Of a DNA stretch of 64,000 bases, positions 39,668 through 49,786 are shown piece by piece; the stretch's first letter is position 1, and every line of letters starts with the position of its first letter. The position numbers and the translations under genes were made by a program. The notes under the pieces were generated by a model. It saw only the letters and a list, made by a program, of their open reading frames with translations, was not told the origin of the DNA and did no database searches. The stretch lies in the NCBI GenBank assembly GCA_965243135.1, contig OZ251539.1, positions 3,072,001 through 3,136,000 on the forward strand. The letters run 5' to 3'. This DNA comes from Alphaproteobacteria bacterium. GTDB lineage: Bacteria; Pseudomonadota; Alphaproteobacteria; MPNO01; UBA830.

Positions 39668-40627
39668 TCACAGACCGAGCAGACGCTCGGCGTTCCCCGC
39701 CAGCACCTTTCTCTTGTCGTCGGGACTGAGCGAGATCCCTTCCATCCAACCCGCACCGGCAAGGTTGGAAGCGAACGGATAATCGACCGAAAACATGATG
39801 CGATCGATTCCCAGTTCCATCATCGAGCAAATCATCGCCGGATCCGAGAAATTGCCGCTGGTGGTGACGTGAACGTGTCTGCAAAAGACCTCCCGGAACC
39901 GGCAGTCGCCGTCGCGGCTGAGAGCGTCGTCGATGCGCCACAGAAGGAACGGCAGGCCCTCGCCGAGATGGCCGATTATGACCTGCAGGTCGGGATAGGC
40001 GTCGAACGCTCCGCTGAGCACCATGCGGATGCCCTGGGTGGCGGTTTCCACGGTGAAGCCCCAGCCGGCCGTCAGCAGGGAAGGAAACTTCGGCAGATAG
40101 TCGGCGTAATAGGCCTTCGCCACGTCCGCATGCGGCGCCGCGGGATGGAGGTAGATCGGCACGCGCAGCGCCTGCGCGCGCTCGAAGATCGGCCAGAACT
40201 CCCGATGATCGATGAAGCGGCCGTTGGTCAGGCCGTGGACCATGCCTCCCTTGAAGCCGTATTCCTCGACGGTCCGCGCCAGTTCGTCGGCCGCGCCGGC
40301 GGGGTCCGGCGTCGGAAGCGTCGCGAAGCCCGCGAAGCGCTCGGGATGGCGGAGGACCGTTTCTTGCAGGCGGTCGTTCGCGGACCGCGCAAGCGCGACG
40401 GCGGTTTCCGGATCGAAACGCTGCACGCCGGGAGCGCCCTGCGACAGAACCTGGACGTCGATCCCGGCGGCGTCCATCTCGCCGATGCGCAATTCGTCCA
40501 CGTCGTCGAGACGGTCGCGGATCTTCGTGCCGGCAAATCCCGCCTTCGCGTCGTATCGCTCCGCGATGCCGGGATCGAAGTAATGCTCCTCGAGCGCGAT
40601 TATCCGGTAACCTTCGCCGTTCGCCAT
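39668..40627 (-). CDS. Amidohydrolase-2 family (ACMSD / aromatic decarboxylase-like)
   Basis: IALEEHY, MDAAGIDVQVLS, PIYLHP, GHLGEGLP, TTSGNF, IMFSVDYPF. Confidence 0.9.
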   Translation of the reverse strand: MANGEGYRIIALEEHYFDPGIAERYDAKAGFAGTKIRDRLDDVDELRIGEMDAAGIDVQVLSQGAPGVQRFDPETAVALARSANDRLQETVLRHPERFAGFATLPTPDPAGAADELARTVEEYGFKGGMVHGLTNGRFIDHREFWPIFERAQALRVPIYLHPAAPHADVAKAYYADYLPKFPSLLTAGWGFTVETATQGIRMVLSGAFDAYPDLQVIIGHLGEGLPFLLWRIDDALSRDGDCRFREVFCRHVHVTTSGNFSDPAMICSMMELGIDRIMFSVDYPFASNLAGAGWMEGISLSPDDKRKVLAGNAERLLGL

Positions 40628-40756
40628 GTCGCAACTCCCGTTCGTGATTTCGTCATTGTAGCGATCGCCGGGTCCATTGTCCGGCGCGTCGGAGGCGCGC
40701 CATCTTGTCGCCACATTGATCAATGACAACGACGGAAAACGGGAAAGGAAGGGGAA

Positions 40757-41473
40757 GTGGCGATCATCGGCAAGATCATTGGCGGCGCCGCGGGCTTCGC
40801 CGTCGGCGGGCCTCTCGGCGCGCTGATCGGCGCCGTCGCGGGGCATGCGGTGGATCGGCTCCGCGACGGCGGCGGCGAAGACGAGTCCCGGCAGACCGCG
40901 TTCACGGTGGCGGTCATCGTGCTCAGCGCCAAGATGGCGAAAGCGGACGGCCGCGTCACGCCGGACGAAGTGGCGGCGTTCCGGCAAATTCTCGACATAC
41001 CCGAGGAAGAACTGCGAAACGTGGGCCGCGTGTTCGACGTCGCTCGCCGCGACGCGCGCGGCTTCGAGCCCTACGCGGAGCAGGTCGCGAAGATGTTCGC
41101 CGACCGTCCGGCGGTATTGGAAGAGTTGCTCGACGCCCTGTTCCACATCGCCAAGGCCGACCGCGTGATCCACCCGAAGGAAGACGAATACCTGAGGCAG
41201 GTCGCGGGCATATTCGGATTCGGCGACGCCGAGTTCGCCCGCATCCGGGCCTCGCACGTAGGCGCCGACTCGCCCGATCCCTACGCCGTGCTCGGCGTTT
41301 CCCCGGACGCCGGCGACGACGAAATCCGGACCGCGTGGCGGAAACTGATCAAGGAGAACCATCCCGACCGGCTGATCGCCCAGGGAATGCCGCAGGACTT
41401 CGTGGACGTGGCGACCGCGAAGATGGCGGCGATCAACGCCGCCTACGAGGAAGTCCGCCGGCAGCGGTCCTGA
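40757..41473 (+). CDS. djlA: DjlA co-chaperone (TerB-like plus J domain)
   Basis: GGPLGALIG, AKMAKADG.V, DPYAVLG, HPD motif. Confidence 0.9.
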   Translation: MAIIGKIIGGAAGFAVGGPLGALIGAVAGHAVDRLRDGGGEDESRQTAFTVAVIVLSAKMAKADGRVTPDEVAAFRQILDIPEEELRNVGRVFDVARRDARGFEPYAEQVAKMFADRPAVLEELLDALFHIAKADRVIHPKEDEYLRQVAGIFGFGDAEFARIRASHVGADSPDPYAVLGVSPDAGDDEIRTAWRKLIKENHPDRLIAQGMPQDFVDVATAKMAAINAAYEEVRRQRS

Positions 41474-41602
41474 CCGGCGGGCGCGCTGCCCGCGTCGGCG
41501 GGACCATGCGTCGCGGCCGCTGTTTCGGCGCGGGCGAGGCGCTATGTTGCGCAAGCGAGGGCCTTGCCTGCCTTCGCCGCCGTTCGACCCTCTGGAAACG
41601 CG

Positions 41603-42301
41603 ATGCCGATCCGCCTGATCGACCGCCCCTCTCCGAATTCCGGGCCGCGCGCGCGCGGCGTCGATATGGTCGTCCTTCACTATACGGGCATGGAAACGGC
41701 GCGGGCCGCGCTGGAGCGCCTGTGCGATCCGCAGGCCGAGGTGAGCGCTCATTATCTCGTCGAGGAGGACGGCCGCGTCTGGCGGCTGGTCGACGAGAAC
41801 AGGCGCGCGTGGCACGCGGGAAAGGCCTGCTGGGCCGGCGAAAGGAACATCAACGACAGATCGATCGGCATCGAGCTGGTCAATCCGGGACATGAATTCG
41901 GGTACCGGCCGTTCCCCGAGCCGCAAATGGCGGTCCTCGAGGAGTTGCTGGCGGAGATCGCCGCGCGCCACCGGATTCGTCCGGCGCGGATCGTCGGGCA
42001 TTCCGACGTGGCGCCGGCGCGCAAATCCGATCCGGGAGAACTGTTCGACTGGCGGCGGCTCGCACGGCGCGGGCTCGCCCTGCGGCCGGAGGTTTCGGGC
42101 GGCGCTCCCCAGGCCGCCGAGGCGCCCGCCCTGCTCGAAGCCATCGGCTACGACCGGGACGCGCCGCTCCAGGATGTCGTGAAGGCATTCCAACGGCGCT
42201 TCGCGCAGAACTCAGTGACCGGATCCCTGGATTCGCGCACGCTCGAAACGATCGCGGCGGTCGCGGCGGCTTCCGTCCGGCAAGGAAAGCAGGCCCGGTA
42301 G
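41603..42301 (+). CDS. N-acetylmuramoyl-L-alanine amidase (Amidase_2, AmiD/AmpD-like)
   Basis: SPN, VLHYTGM, VSAHY, RAWHAG, SIGIE, GHSDVAPARKSDPGELF, AFQRRF. Confidence 0.92.
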   Translation: MPIRLIDRPSPNSGPRARGVDMVVLHYTGMETARAALERLCDPQAEVSAHYLVEEDGRVWRLVDENRRAWHAGKACWAGERNINDRSIGIELVNPGHEFGYRPFPEPQMAVLEELLAEIAARHRIRPARIVGHSDVAPARKSDPGELFDWRRLARRGLALRPEVSGGAPQAAEAPALLEAIGYDRDAPLQDVVKAFQRRFAQNSVTGSLDSRTLETIAAVAAASVRQGKQAR

Positions 42302-42374
42302 CGCCGCGGCGCTTCGCGCTATCCCGTCGGCGAGCGCACCATGAACCGAGGGCCACGGTACGGACGCCGGCGCC

Positions 42375-42653
42375 ATGTCATCCAACGACATGGCGCTTTT
42401 CCGGATCCCCCTTCCGTCAATCAGGCCGGGCCGGCAGCGTCTTCTCCCGGATTCCGAAGGGCAGCGCTTCCTGATCGGCAGTCGCTGCCGCCGAAGCGGA
42501 GCCGTTTCCGGGAACGCTCCAATCCTCGTCTTCCGGGCTTGCGGGCGATGTCCATGTTTTTTCGGAGAAACCCGGGCGACGATTTATTTGCGGGGCGCAG
42601 ACGGAATCTGTCCCTCGGCAAGGAGGGGCATTTTCTCCCGCTTCGAGGCATAA
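42375..42653 (+). pseudogene. Possible relic of a DUF35 Zn-ribbon/OB-fold gene
   Basis: FLIGSRCRRSGAV resembles LxGSRCxxCG; the rest is degenerate. Confidence 0.3.
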
Positions 42654-42701
42654 TGCGGAGGTTGCGCCAACGTCCTCGACGACCGGCGCGGGAGGCATCG
42701 C

Positions 42702-43470
42702 ATGGGGCACGTCAGTCCTCTTCGCTACCATGGAGGGAAAGCAGGGATCTCTGATTTCCCGGCCGCTGCGGTCGATCGAAACCGTCTCGAGAGATGCGAA
42801 TGCCTCGAACCGCATGCCGTAGGAGCAGGCGCGGCCCTGCGCGGTATCGTTTCGGAGGTCCGTCTCAGCGACGCCGGTCTGCGAGTCCACGCATTCCGGC
42901 GTTCCCGAGTTCAGAGCGTGCCCCTTACGATCGGCGAGCGGAAGAAACAGCGCGAGATCTGCAAGCGATCCCGGGAACGCGATTTTTTCGATCCCGGCTT
43001 CGCAGCACTCCGCGCGAACCGCTGCAACACGTCGGAGTTTCCGACCGGACCGATCAGCGGACAGGCCGGATCCCGGCGCGTCCGGTTCAGCCGGCAAACC
43101 CCGTCCGGGCGCATCGAGCGCCTTTCCGGTCTGCGCGACGGCATCCGCCTCCATGATGCCGTCGCCTTTCTCAAGACGACGCTCCCGAAGGGCCGCAAAA
43201 GACAGCGGCGCCGACCGCCCTGCGTCGACGACGTCCACCGGCTCTGCCGCTGCATGCCCAACGACCACGAGAAGCCGGCGCGCCGCTTTCTCGCGCAAAA
43301 TCGCCGCGGTGGATCCTGTCGTACGACGACCGCGGCCTCATCGGAAAATCGTGTCGGGACTGCAAGCAATTTTTGTCGCCGCTTCATTACGCCCTGCAGT
43401 GCGAACGGCTTGAGGAAGAGCTCGTCGTCTCCTCGCCGCACGTTTCCTTGCCTTCGGACTATCGCAGAGG
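42702..43470 (+). pseudogene. Degraded Dam-like (D12 class) DNA adenine methyltransferase
   Basis: SPLRYHGGK and EPHAVGAG (motif I) remain; DPPY is replaced by RPPC; WILSYDD..HYALQ..EELVV lies in other frames. Confidence 0.75.
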
Positions 43471-43516
43471 CCGCGCTAGGATCCGGATCCAGGAGATCGC
43501 CAAAAAGGACCATGTC

Positions 43517-44611
43517 ATGACAAACCCTGATTCTCTTGAACGGATTCCCGTTTCCGAATTGCGCTTCGACTTCCGCAACCCCAGACTGGCGGAATATGGC
43601 ATTACGGAGAGAACAAAAGAAAACGAAATCATCTCCATATTGTGGGATGCAATGGACGTTCAGGAACTCGTACAATCGATTGTCGCGAGCGGCTATTTTG
43701 AACAAGAGCCGCTTATTGTGACGAAAGAAAAACGAAATTTCATCGTCATCGAAGGAAATCGCAGACTCGCCGCCGTAAAGGTTATTCTCGATTCCGATAT
43801 CGCGAAAATCGTGGGCTACGGAAAAAGGCATCGAAAATCGACCCTCGATCCCCTTCGCGAACTGCCGGCCGTCGTTTCCAGCCGCAAGCAATCGTGGCGC
43901 TATCTCGGTTTCAAGCACGTCAACGGTCCGGCGAAATGGGGCAGTTACGCGAAAGCGAAATATATTGCCGAAGTTCATAGGGAGTACGGCATACCCCTCG
44001 AGGACATCGCCGAGCAGATAGGAGACCGTCACAAGACGGTACAACGTCTATATAGAGGACTTCGGATCCTGGAGCAGGCGGAGGAGGAGAAAGTCTTCGA
44101 TCGCGACGACCGTTACAGAACCCGTTTTTCTTTTTCCCATCTATACACGGGCCTGGATTATGAAGGCATCAGCGATTTTCTTTCCATCGAATCGGACGAC
44201 GCAGACGCTTTGGTGCCTCCACATGCAATGGATTGCCTCCGTGAACTTTGCCTCTGGCTGTATGGAAGCAAGCGCGAACGACAGCCTCCCGTCGTCGAAA
44301 GGCAGAATCCAAACCTTCGCGAACTCGATCAGGTCTTGAGGAAACCGGAAGCGCTGCTGGTGCTTCGCGGAGGCGCGGGACTATCCGTCGCGCTCAATCA
44401 CAGTCGTCCGCCAAGGCAAGTTCTGGAAGAGAATCTTTCAAACGCTAAGCTGTCCCTCCAACATGCTCGCGGATTTCTGACGCAGGGCTTCGATCGTTCG
44501 GATACCCTGCTGCGCTTGGCGGGCGCGATAGCCGACTTGGCCGACGATATCTATGAGGAGATGGAGCGCTTGAGTTCGGGCCGACGCAAAAGGCGCCAGA
44601 CGGAAGAATAG
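43517..44611 (+). CDS. ParB/Sulfiredoxin-like N-terminal domain protein
   Basis: LRFDFRNPRL, L..SIVASGY..EPLIV, VIEGNRRLAAVK, HVNG..W..AKA. Confidence 0.8.
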   Translation: MTNPDSLERIPVSELRFDFRNPRLAEYGITERTKENEIISILWDAMDVQELVQSIVASGYFEQEPLIVTKEKRNFIVIEGNRRLAAVKVILDSDIAKIVGYGKRHRKSTLDPLRELPAVVSSRKQSWRYLGFKHVNGPAKWGSYAKAKYIAEVHREYGIPLEDIAEQIGDRHKTVQRLYRGLRILEQAEEEKVFDRDDRYRTRFSFSHLYTGLDYEGISDFLSIESDDADALVPPHAMDCLRELCLWLYGSKRERQPPVVERQNPNLRELDQVLRKPEALLVLRGGAGLSVALNHSRPPRQVLEENLSNAKLSLQHARGFLTQGFDRSDTLLRLAGAIADLADDIYEEMERLSSGRRKRRQTEE

Positions 44612-44614
44612 ACA

Positions 44615-45547
44615 ATGTTCAAATTACCCAATCCACCGTCTCCGCAGGCCGGAATTCACGAGTTGGCCGATTTCGCCGAGATTTTGAGCTGGATCAGGGG
44701 CAAGATTTCCAGCTCGGAAATAGCCAACTGCCTGATACGGAGTGACGAAAATGACGGAAAGATGGGGATCGAACACGACGAGGACAGGATAAACGAAAAT
44801 CTCGAAGAGGTAATGAATGAAACCGGACGCAGAAAAGCAGCTTGCCAGGCGGGATACCCCTTTGAACATGATGGACAGGGAAGCATCCTGAAAAGGCTCG
44901 GATCCGACACACGAAACAAGAAACGAATAATTTACATTTATCTTTTGCTTGGCACCCGACTCAACATGAAAAACAACCGCGTACACAACGGCATAGACGG
45001 GACGGCCCTATTGGAGGAGATGTCGGCCAACGTTCTCAAAGCCTATCTGGGTTCCCGAAATGCGCGCGCTTACATATTCGGGACCTCGAACAGGGATGCG
45101 GTCAATGCGTTCGAGGACAAGGTCAATACCTTGTGCAATGAACTTGGAGAAGGCGCGCGGTTCAGGAATTTGAACGGAGGACCGGTTCACGCTCAGGACG
45201 CCGGACTGGATGTCGTGGGGTGGATTCCGTTCCTGGACGCTACGCCCGGGCAGTTGATAGTTTTCGGACAATGCAAGACGGGCACGGAGTGGCGAAACCA
45301 TACATCGGATCTCGATCCCGCAAGATTCAACAAGCTGTGGATGGAGGAACCGTTTCTCGTCGATCCGGTCAGGGCGTATTTCGTTGCAGAAGCGGTCGAT
45401 AGATCCAATTGGAAGGCAAGCAGCATCGCGGCGGGCATCTTGTTCGATCGTTGCCGTTTGGTCCAGTATAGCGGCGGTCTGTCCGGAGATCTGCTTTCCC
45501 GCATTCGCAAGTGGACTTCGGCGGCCGGGAGAACGGTCGGGATTTGA
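44615..45547 (+). CDS. PD-(D/E)XK restriction-endonuclease-like protein
   Basis: LLEE, DAGLDVVGW, FGQCKTG, LFDRCRL; 3 nt after the ParB-like gene. Confidence 0.7.
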   Translation: MFKLPNPPSPQAGIHELADFAEILSWIRGKISSSEIANCLIRSDENDGKMGIEHDEDRINENLEEVMNETGRRKAACQAGYPFEHDGQGSILKRLGSDTRNKKRIIYIYLLLGTRLNMKNNRVHNGIDGTALLEEMSANVLKAYLGSRNARAYIFGTSNRDAVNAFEDKVNTLCNELGEGARFRNLNGGPVHAQDAGLDVVGWIPFLDATPGQLIVFGQCKTGTEWRNHTSDLDPARFNKLWMEEPFLVDPVRAYFVAEAVDRSNWKASSIAAGILFDRCRLVQYSGGLSGDLLSRIRKWTSAAGRTVGI

Positions 45548-45958
45548 CGAAACGAGCGGTCGTCGAATCGACTGCGGCGAACGGAGACGGGCTCAGCGTC
45601 GTCGACGGATGCCGGGGCGGCGCGGAAAAGCCGCCCGAAAATCGCGGCGGCGGCGGGTCTCTTCGAATTATCGAAACCCGAGCTTTCCGCGCTGAGGTCG
45701 CTGGTTTACCGGACGCCGTTCGGCGCCCCGTCCAGCCGCCGGCGCGCGCTTGCGCCGGCACGGGCGGGCGGGCACCCTCAGGAAACCCCGCCGCTCCTCG
45801 GCCCGCGCAGAGCCGTCGCCCGGAGTCCCGAAACGCGAAGCGAACGACAAACCGACGTTCTTGTATTGTCCGGCCTCGGCGCCCGCGTTCCGGGCGTCTC
45901 GAACGCTCTGCCTGCCGCAAGCGATCGAGCCGCTTCTTCCGGACGTTTTCCGCTAATG

Positions 45959-45973
45959 GAACATATTTCGAAC
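45959..45973. promoter_or_regulatory. Alphaproteobacterial LexA (SOS) box
   Basis: GAAC-atatttc-GAAC. Confidence 0.55.
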
Positions 45974-46094
45974 ATGCGCGCGGGAACTACGGCGGGAGTT
46001 GAACGGATGCGTCGCAACCCGTTCGATCGCGGCCGTTTCGTTGCGAATTGCCGAGTCTTGCCGCGAATTCCGCCCCGTCAACACGCCGGAAATC

Positions 46095-46109
46095 GAACAA
46101 AATAAGAAC
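46095..46109. promoter_or_regulatory. Alphaproteobacterial LexA (SOS) box
   Basis: GAAC-aaaataa-GAAC with AT-rich spacer. Confidence 0.65.
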
Positions 46110-46310
46110 GGAATTCTTTCGAAACCCGGTCGCTGGTCCGGCCAGCTTCGCGTCGGAAACGGAGGACCGGCGGCGCGAAAAAAAATTTTACGGAATTGTT
46201 GCATCGAGTCCAAATTATCCCATAGAATGGCACGCTAGACCATGAATTCCCATCTGAGAGTGGGAGACGAATGATCGCCGGTTCGCCGGCGCTGGGCAAG
46301 GAAACGTTCG

Positions 46311-46814
46311 GTGACGCTGTTCATTTCGACATTCGAGAACAAGGTCGACCGCAAGGGCCGCGTATCGGTTCCCGCCTCCTTCCGCATGGCTCTGAGCGAA
46401 CCCCACTGCATACTCGTCGGCTATCTCCCGCCGAACAAGGCGCTTACCGGATTCGACCGGTCCAGGCTCGACATCCTCTATCCGCAACCGTTGGACGGTT
46501 TGCAATCCGACGACTCGCAGCCGAATCCGGCGGAGAAAGAGGAACGAATCGCCAGGGAGCGGCTGCGGCTCCAGCGGGAAATGATGGGCCAGTCCGACGA
46601 CGGCGTCATGGACACGCTCAACGCCAACACGCGCGAATTGTCCTTCGACGGCGAAGGCCGGGTCGTGCTGCCGGCGGACCTGATGAAACGCGCGAACATC
46701 GAGGATCGCGCGATGTTCGTCGGCCGCGGAGCCCGGTTCGAAATCTGGAATCCCGATCTGTACGAGCGGCAACGGGAGGCGGAATTCAAGGCCCTCGCCG
46801 GAGAGGCCGCATGA
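46311..46814 (+). CDS. mraZ: Transcriptional regulator MraZ
   Basis: DRKGRVSVPASFR, DGEGRVVLP, FVGRGARFEIWNP; first gene of dcw. Confidence 0.9.
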   Translation: MTLFISTFENKVDRKGRVSVPASFRMALSEPHCILVGYLPPNKALTGFDRSRLDILYPQPLDGLQSDDSQPNPAEKEERIARERLRLQREMMGQSDDGVMDTLNANTRELSFDGEGRVVLPADLMKRANIEDRAMFVGRGARFEIWNPDLYERQREAEFKALAGEAA

Positions 46815-47737
46815 ACGCCCGCCACGAACCGGTCATGGTCGCGGAGATGCTCGCCGCGATTGCGCCCGCGGACGGACGCGCCTATCTCGACGGCACCTTC
46901 GGCGGCGGCGGCTGGAGCGCCGCGATCCTGGACGCGGCCGACTGCCTGGTCTGGGCCGTCGATCGCGACCCCGCCGCAATTCGAATCGCCAACGCCATGG
47001 CCGCCCGTTACGACGGACGGCTCAGGCCCGTCGAAGGCAGATTCGGCGACATGGCCGCGCTCCTTGCCGACAACGGCGTCGAACGGGTCGACGGCGTCGC
47101 GCTCGATCTCGGCGTATCCTCGATGCAGCTCGACGACCCCGCGCGCGGCTTCGGCTTTCGCGGTTCCGGTCCCCTCGACATGCGCATGGAACGCCGCGGC
47201 GAAAGCGCCCGCGATTTCGTCAACGGAGCCGACGAGGCGGAGCTCGCGGAGGTCATCTATCGCTACGGCGAGGAGCGCCGGGCGAGGCGAATCGCCCGCG
47301 CCATCGCGACGGCCCGGACGAAGCGCCCGATATCGACGACCGCGCAGCTCGCCGACATCGTTCGCGGCGCCTGCCGCGGCGGAGCGCGAATCGATCCCGC
47401 CACCCGCACGTTCCAGGCGGTCCGCATCCGGATCAACCGGGAACTCGAAGAGCTCGAACGCGGCTTGAGGGCGGCCGAGACCGTGCTCGCGCCGGGAGGG
47501 CGGATCGCGGTGGTCTCCTTTCATTCCCTCGAAGATCGCATCGTCAAGACCTTTCTCGGCGAACGATCGGCGCGGGAAGCCCCGACGTCGCGGCACGCGC
47601 CGCCCGCGCCCTCGCGGCGGCCCGCCTTCCGGCAGCGGCGGCGCGCGGCGATCAAACCCGCCGACGAAGAGGTTCGCCGCAATCCGCGGGCGCGGTCCGC
47701 CCGGCTGCGGTTCGCCGAACGCGTCGCGGAGGCGTAG
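46811..47737 (+). CDS. rsmH: 16S rRNA m4C1402 methyltransferase
   Basis: HEPVM, DGTFGGGG, DLGVSSMQLD, PLDMRM, SFHSLEDRIVK, NPRARSARLR. Confidence 0.96.
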   Translation: MNARHEPVMVAEMLAAIAPADGRAYLDGTFGGGGWSAAILDAADCLVWAVDRDPAAIRIANAMAARYDGRLRPVEGRFGDMAALLADNGVERVDGVALDLGVSSMQLDDPARGFGFRGSGPLDMRMERRGESARDFVNGADEAELAEVIYRYGEERRARRIARAIATARTKRPISTTAQLADIVRGACRGGARIDPATRTFQAVRIRINRELEELERGLRAAETVLAPGGRIAVVSFHSLEDRIVKTFLGERSAREAPTSRHAPPAPSRRPAFRQRRRAAIKPADEEVRRNPRARSARLRFAERVAEA

Positions 47738-47741
47738 CGCC

Positions 47742-48116
47742 ATGGTCCGTTCGATCCTCGTCTGGAGCGTTCTCTGCGTCGCGGTCGCGGTCGGACTGCT
47801 CGTCGTCAAGCAACGGGTCCAGGAACGCGAGGACCGCCTGGAGGCGCTCGGAAACGAGCTCGCCGCCAACGACAACGCCATCGCCGTGCTGAGAGCCGAG
47901 TGGAGCTACCTGAACCAGCCCGCCCGGCTGGAGGATCTCGCCATCCGCCATCTCGGCCTGGAACCGCCGCGGCCCGACCAGATCCGGTCGGTGCGCGACT
48001 TTATCGAGCGCTCCGAAGGCAAGGAGCCGGAACCGCAGACGTCGCCGCGGCAACGGCCCGCGCAACCGCACGACTGGCTCGGCCCCATCCTCTCGAGCCT
48101 GAAGGACGAGCGATGA
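47742..48116 (+). CDS. ftsL: Cell division protein FtsL
   Basis: TM plus coiled coil, LRAEWSYLNQPARLE; position in dcw. Confidence 0.88.
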   Translation: MVRSILVWSVLCVAVAVGLLVVKQRVQEREDRLEALGNELAANDNAIAVLRAEWSYLNQPARLEDLAIRHLGLEPPRPDQIRSVRDFIERSEGKEPEPQTSPRQRPAQPHDWLGPILSSLKDER

Positions 48117-49786
48117 CGGCCATCAGAATCGAAGGCGACCGCAAATCCGCCATCGAGACCGGGCGCAACCGCCTGATGGTCGCCGGAGCCCTGTTCGTCG
48201 CCGCGTTCGGAGTGATCGCCGTCCGCATGATCGACGTCTCGCTTATCCGCATGGAAGAGCCGGCGGCGCGGCGCGCCGCGGACGTCCGCCCGTCCGACGG
48301 GCGCGCCGACATTCTGGATCGCAACGGCGCGCTGATGGCGACGAGCGTGAACGCCGCCTCCCTCTACGCCAACCCGCGGAAGATCCAGGACGCCCGGCGT
48401 GCCGCGCGCCGCCTTTCGGACGTTCTGCCCGACCTCGACTGGACGCAGGTCGAAAAGAACCTGCTGCTGGACAGAAACTTCGTCTGGCTCCGCCGCCACT
48501 TGACCCCCAGGCTGAAATACGAGGTGAATCGGCTCGGCATCCCGGGCCTCGATTTCCAGAACGAAACCCGCCGCATCTATCCGCTCGGCGGACTGGCGGC
48601 CCATGTCGTCGGCTTCACCGACGTCGACGGCCGCGGCCTGTCCGGAGTCGAGAGCTACTTCGACAAGGCGCTGCGCTCCCGCGACGGCAAGCTCGCGCTC
48701 TCGATCGACATTCGCGTGCAGCACGCCCTCGAGCACGAGCTGCGGAGCGCGATGGACAAATATTCCGCCATCGGCGGCGCCGGAATCGTGATGGACGCGG
48801 ATTCCGGCGAGATCCTCGCCATGGCCTCCCTGCCCGACTTCGACCCCAACCAGCCCGGCGCGATCGCCGAAGACCTGCGCATCAACCGCGCGACCCTCGG
48901 CGTCTACGAAATGGGTTCCACCTTCAAGATCTTCACCACCGCCATGGCCCTCGACGCCGGAACCGTGACGCTCAGCGACGGTTACGACGCGACCCATCCG
49001 ATCCGCGTCGCCCGCTTCACCATCCGCGATCACCGTCCGCAGAAGCGATGGCTCTCCGTTCCCGAAATATTCATGCATTCGTCCAACATCGGCACCGTCA
49101 AGATGGCGCGCGCCGTCGGCGCCGAAGCGCACCGCCGCTTCCTGTCCAGCCTCGGCATGATGAAGACCGTGAACGTCGAGCTTACGGAGATCGGCGCGCC
49201 GCTGTCGCCCGATCGTTGGCGCGAGATCAACGCGATGACGATCTCCTACGGACACGGCCTCGCCGTCAGCCCGCTTCACCTGACGGCCGGCGTGGCGGCG
49301 ATCGTGAACGGCGGCATCTATCGCGATCCGACCCTTCTGCGCCGCGAACCCGGCGACGCGCCGGAAGGCCGCCGCGTCGTCTCCGCCGCCACTTCGGAGA
49401 AGATGCGCAAGCTGTTGCGGCTCGCGGTCGAGAGCGGAACCGGACGCCGCGCGGACGCGAGGGGCTATTTCGTCGGCGGAAAGACCGGCACCGCGGAAAA
49501 GGTTTCCGGGCGCGGATACCAGCGCAAGGCGATGATTTCGTCCTTCATCGGCGCGTTTCCGATGCACCGTCCCCGCTACGTGGTGCTGGCGATGCTCGAC
49601 GAGGCGAAGGGCACCGCGAAGACCTACGGCCACGCCACGGGCGGCTGGGTCGCGGCGCCCGTCGTCGGCGCCGTCGTCCGGCGCGTCGCGCCGCTGCTCG
49701 GCATCCGGCCCGCCGGCGATCCCGACTCGATTCGCTTGATGCTCGCCATCGACTTCCGGAGGGAGAGGCAGGTTGCGGCTCAGTGA
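48113..49786 (+). CDS. ftsI: Peptidoglycan transpeptidase FtsI (PBP3)
   Basis: RADILDRNG, EMGSTFK (SxxK), SSN, GKTGTAEK. Confidence 0.95.
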   Translation: MTAIRIEGDRKSAIETGRNRLMVAGALFVAAFGVIAVRMIDVSLIRMEEPAARRAADVRPSDGRADILDRNGALMATSVNAASLYANPRKIQDARRAARRLSDVLPDLDWTQVEKNLLLDRNFVWLRRHLTPRLKYEVNRLGIPGLDFQNETRRIYPLGGLAAHVVGFTDVDGRGLSGVESYFDKALRSRDGKLALSIDIRVQHALEHELRSAMDKYSAIGGAGIVMDADSGEILAMASLPDFDPNQPGAIAEDLRINRATLGVYEMGSTFKIFTTAMALDAGTVTLSDGYDATHPIRVARFTIRDHRPQKRWLSVPEIFMHSSNIGTVKMARAVGAEAHRRFLSSLGMMKTVNVELTEIGAPLSPDRWREINAMTISYGHGLAVSPLHLTAGVAAIVNGGIYRDPTLLRREPGDAPEGRRVVSAATSEKMRKLLRLAVESGTGRRADARGYFVGGKTGTAEKVSGRGYQRKAMISSFIGAFPMHRPRYVVLAMLDEAKGTAKTYGHATGGWVAAPVVGAVVRRVAPLLGIRPAGDPDSIRLMLAIDFRRERQVAAQ

